This document shows, piece by piece, positions 62,867-64,000 of a stretch of DNA of 64,000 bases. How positions within the stretch are numbered: the stretch's first letter is position 1; each line of letters starts with the position of its first letter. The position numbers and the translations under genes were made by a program. Source of the stretch: the human T2T-CHM13v2.0 reference genome, Homo sapiens; assembly GCF_009914755.1 (NCBI RefSeq), contig NC_060928.1; one strand, given 5' to 3'. The notes under the pieces are model-generated. The model searched no databases. It worked only from the letters and a program-made list of their open reading frames with translations, and was not told where the DNA came from.

Positions 62867-64000
62867 GTTCCTGTTTATGAGAGTCATGTTTCATCTCAGC
62901 TTCTTCCATGGATGTGTCTGTGTGATCTTGCTGGGAGAGTATTCAATTTCCTGCCCAGAGAGAAGCAGAGATCCAGGAGGCTAGGGAGGGTTGGGATACA
63001 GCTGACTTGTCCTCCAAAGGCTCAAGAGCCTAAATGAGGCTGTTGGCTGTGTGTCTTCTTGATAGCACAGAACCTGCTCATAATTGAGGGCTTAGGGAGT
63101 GGGCCTTGCCCCAGGCCGTGGGGATGTAACCCCGCCTCTGACACGCAGGCTGTCGATGGAGTGCGCAGCTCACGTTATTCCATGCTGAGCTGAGTTTTTT
63201 GTCATCTCCGTGGGCCTGGCAAGTCTAGATGGTGTCCTGGGTGTCCTGCATTTTGGTTCAGGACACCATTAGGAAATCACAACTCACCTCATGGCTGACT
63301 CAGGAATGAGCAGAGAGGAGGGAGAGATGGCTTAATATGACCGGCATTGTGCATATTTGAAAAGGAGTGGCGATTGTGCCTCAGATACACCTCATACCTC
63401 GGATTATGTCATGTTTCAGTCCTAGCTACTTGCCTGCTTTATCTGAAGTGGGCTAGAGGAACATCCCTGGGTCAGAATCAGCAGATGAGAGTAAATTATG
63501 TTCTTGTTGGGAGTTGCTGCTTGCTCCCTGAACATGTGGAAGTTGGTCTTGTCTGTGTTATAAGCAGTTTGGGACACCAGACTCCTCCCTAAACCTTCAG
63601 TCCTGCTGCTCAAGGGATTACTGACATGTACTGCCCCCGTCCCCCCACCAAGAAAGCTTTTTATTTTTCTAATGGGTCTCAAGTAATCTTCCATTTCTCC
63701 TTCCCTTTTATTTTATGGCTTTCATAAAGAATCTGTGGCTTCATCCTCCTAAAGAAATTCATTAAATTAAAGGGGCCACCATCTCCTAATTGTTCATTCA
63801 AGACTGCATATTTATGTGTTAGGGTGAGGGACCCCAGAAGACTTTGGAAGAACTATTAATCCACCTTCGGGGGTGTGTACATTTGTGAATTTCTGCCTCT
63901 AAGGGTGCAGTATCCTTTCCCTAGCTCCCCCCGTATGGCAATGATGACATTTTGCAATTTTACAGAATTTTCCATTGAAACTTAAACTTAATTCATCATT

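Overview
This is eukaryotic (primate, almost certainly human) genomic DNA, rich in Alu, L1 and ERV repeats; no prokaryotic-type system is present. The main feature is the complete formin gene FHDC1 (INF1) on the + strand. It has a CpG-island promoter with a non-coding first exon (~19520-19606), 11 coding exons that I spliced by hand into a 3432-nt (1143 aa + stop) ORF from 26255 to 59935, and a ~2.9-kb 3' UTR ending near 62880. Upstream lies a minus-strand MER4-type endogenous retrovirus remnant that was hit by two later L1-driven insertions: a 5'-truncated L1PA and a processed copy of PSME3IP1/FAM192A. The most notable observations are that the retrocopy keeps a full-length open frame (plus a 13-aa read-through tail) and sits downstream of an antisense LTR promoter; that FHDC1 has an overlapping uORF, a tail-to-tail inverted Alu pair in its 3' UTR and a candidate GATA1/TAL1/KLF1 alternative first exon; and that its introns hold a hairpin-unit 36-bp minisatellite and an Alu-derived (AAG)19. 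Repeat subfamily names and parent-protein comparisons come from memory, not from a database search.
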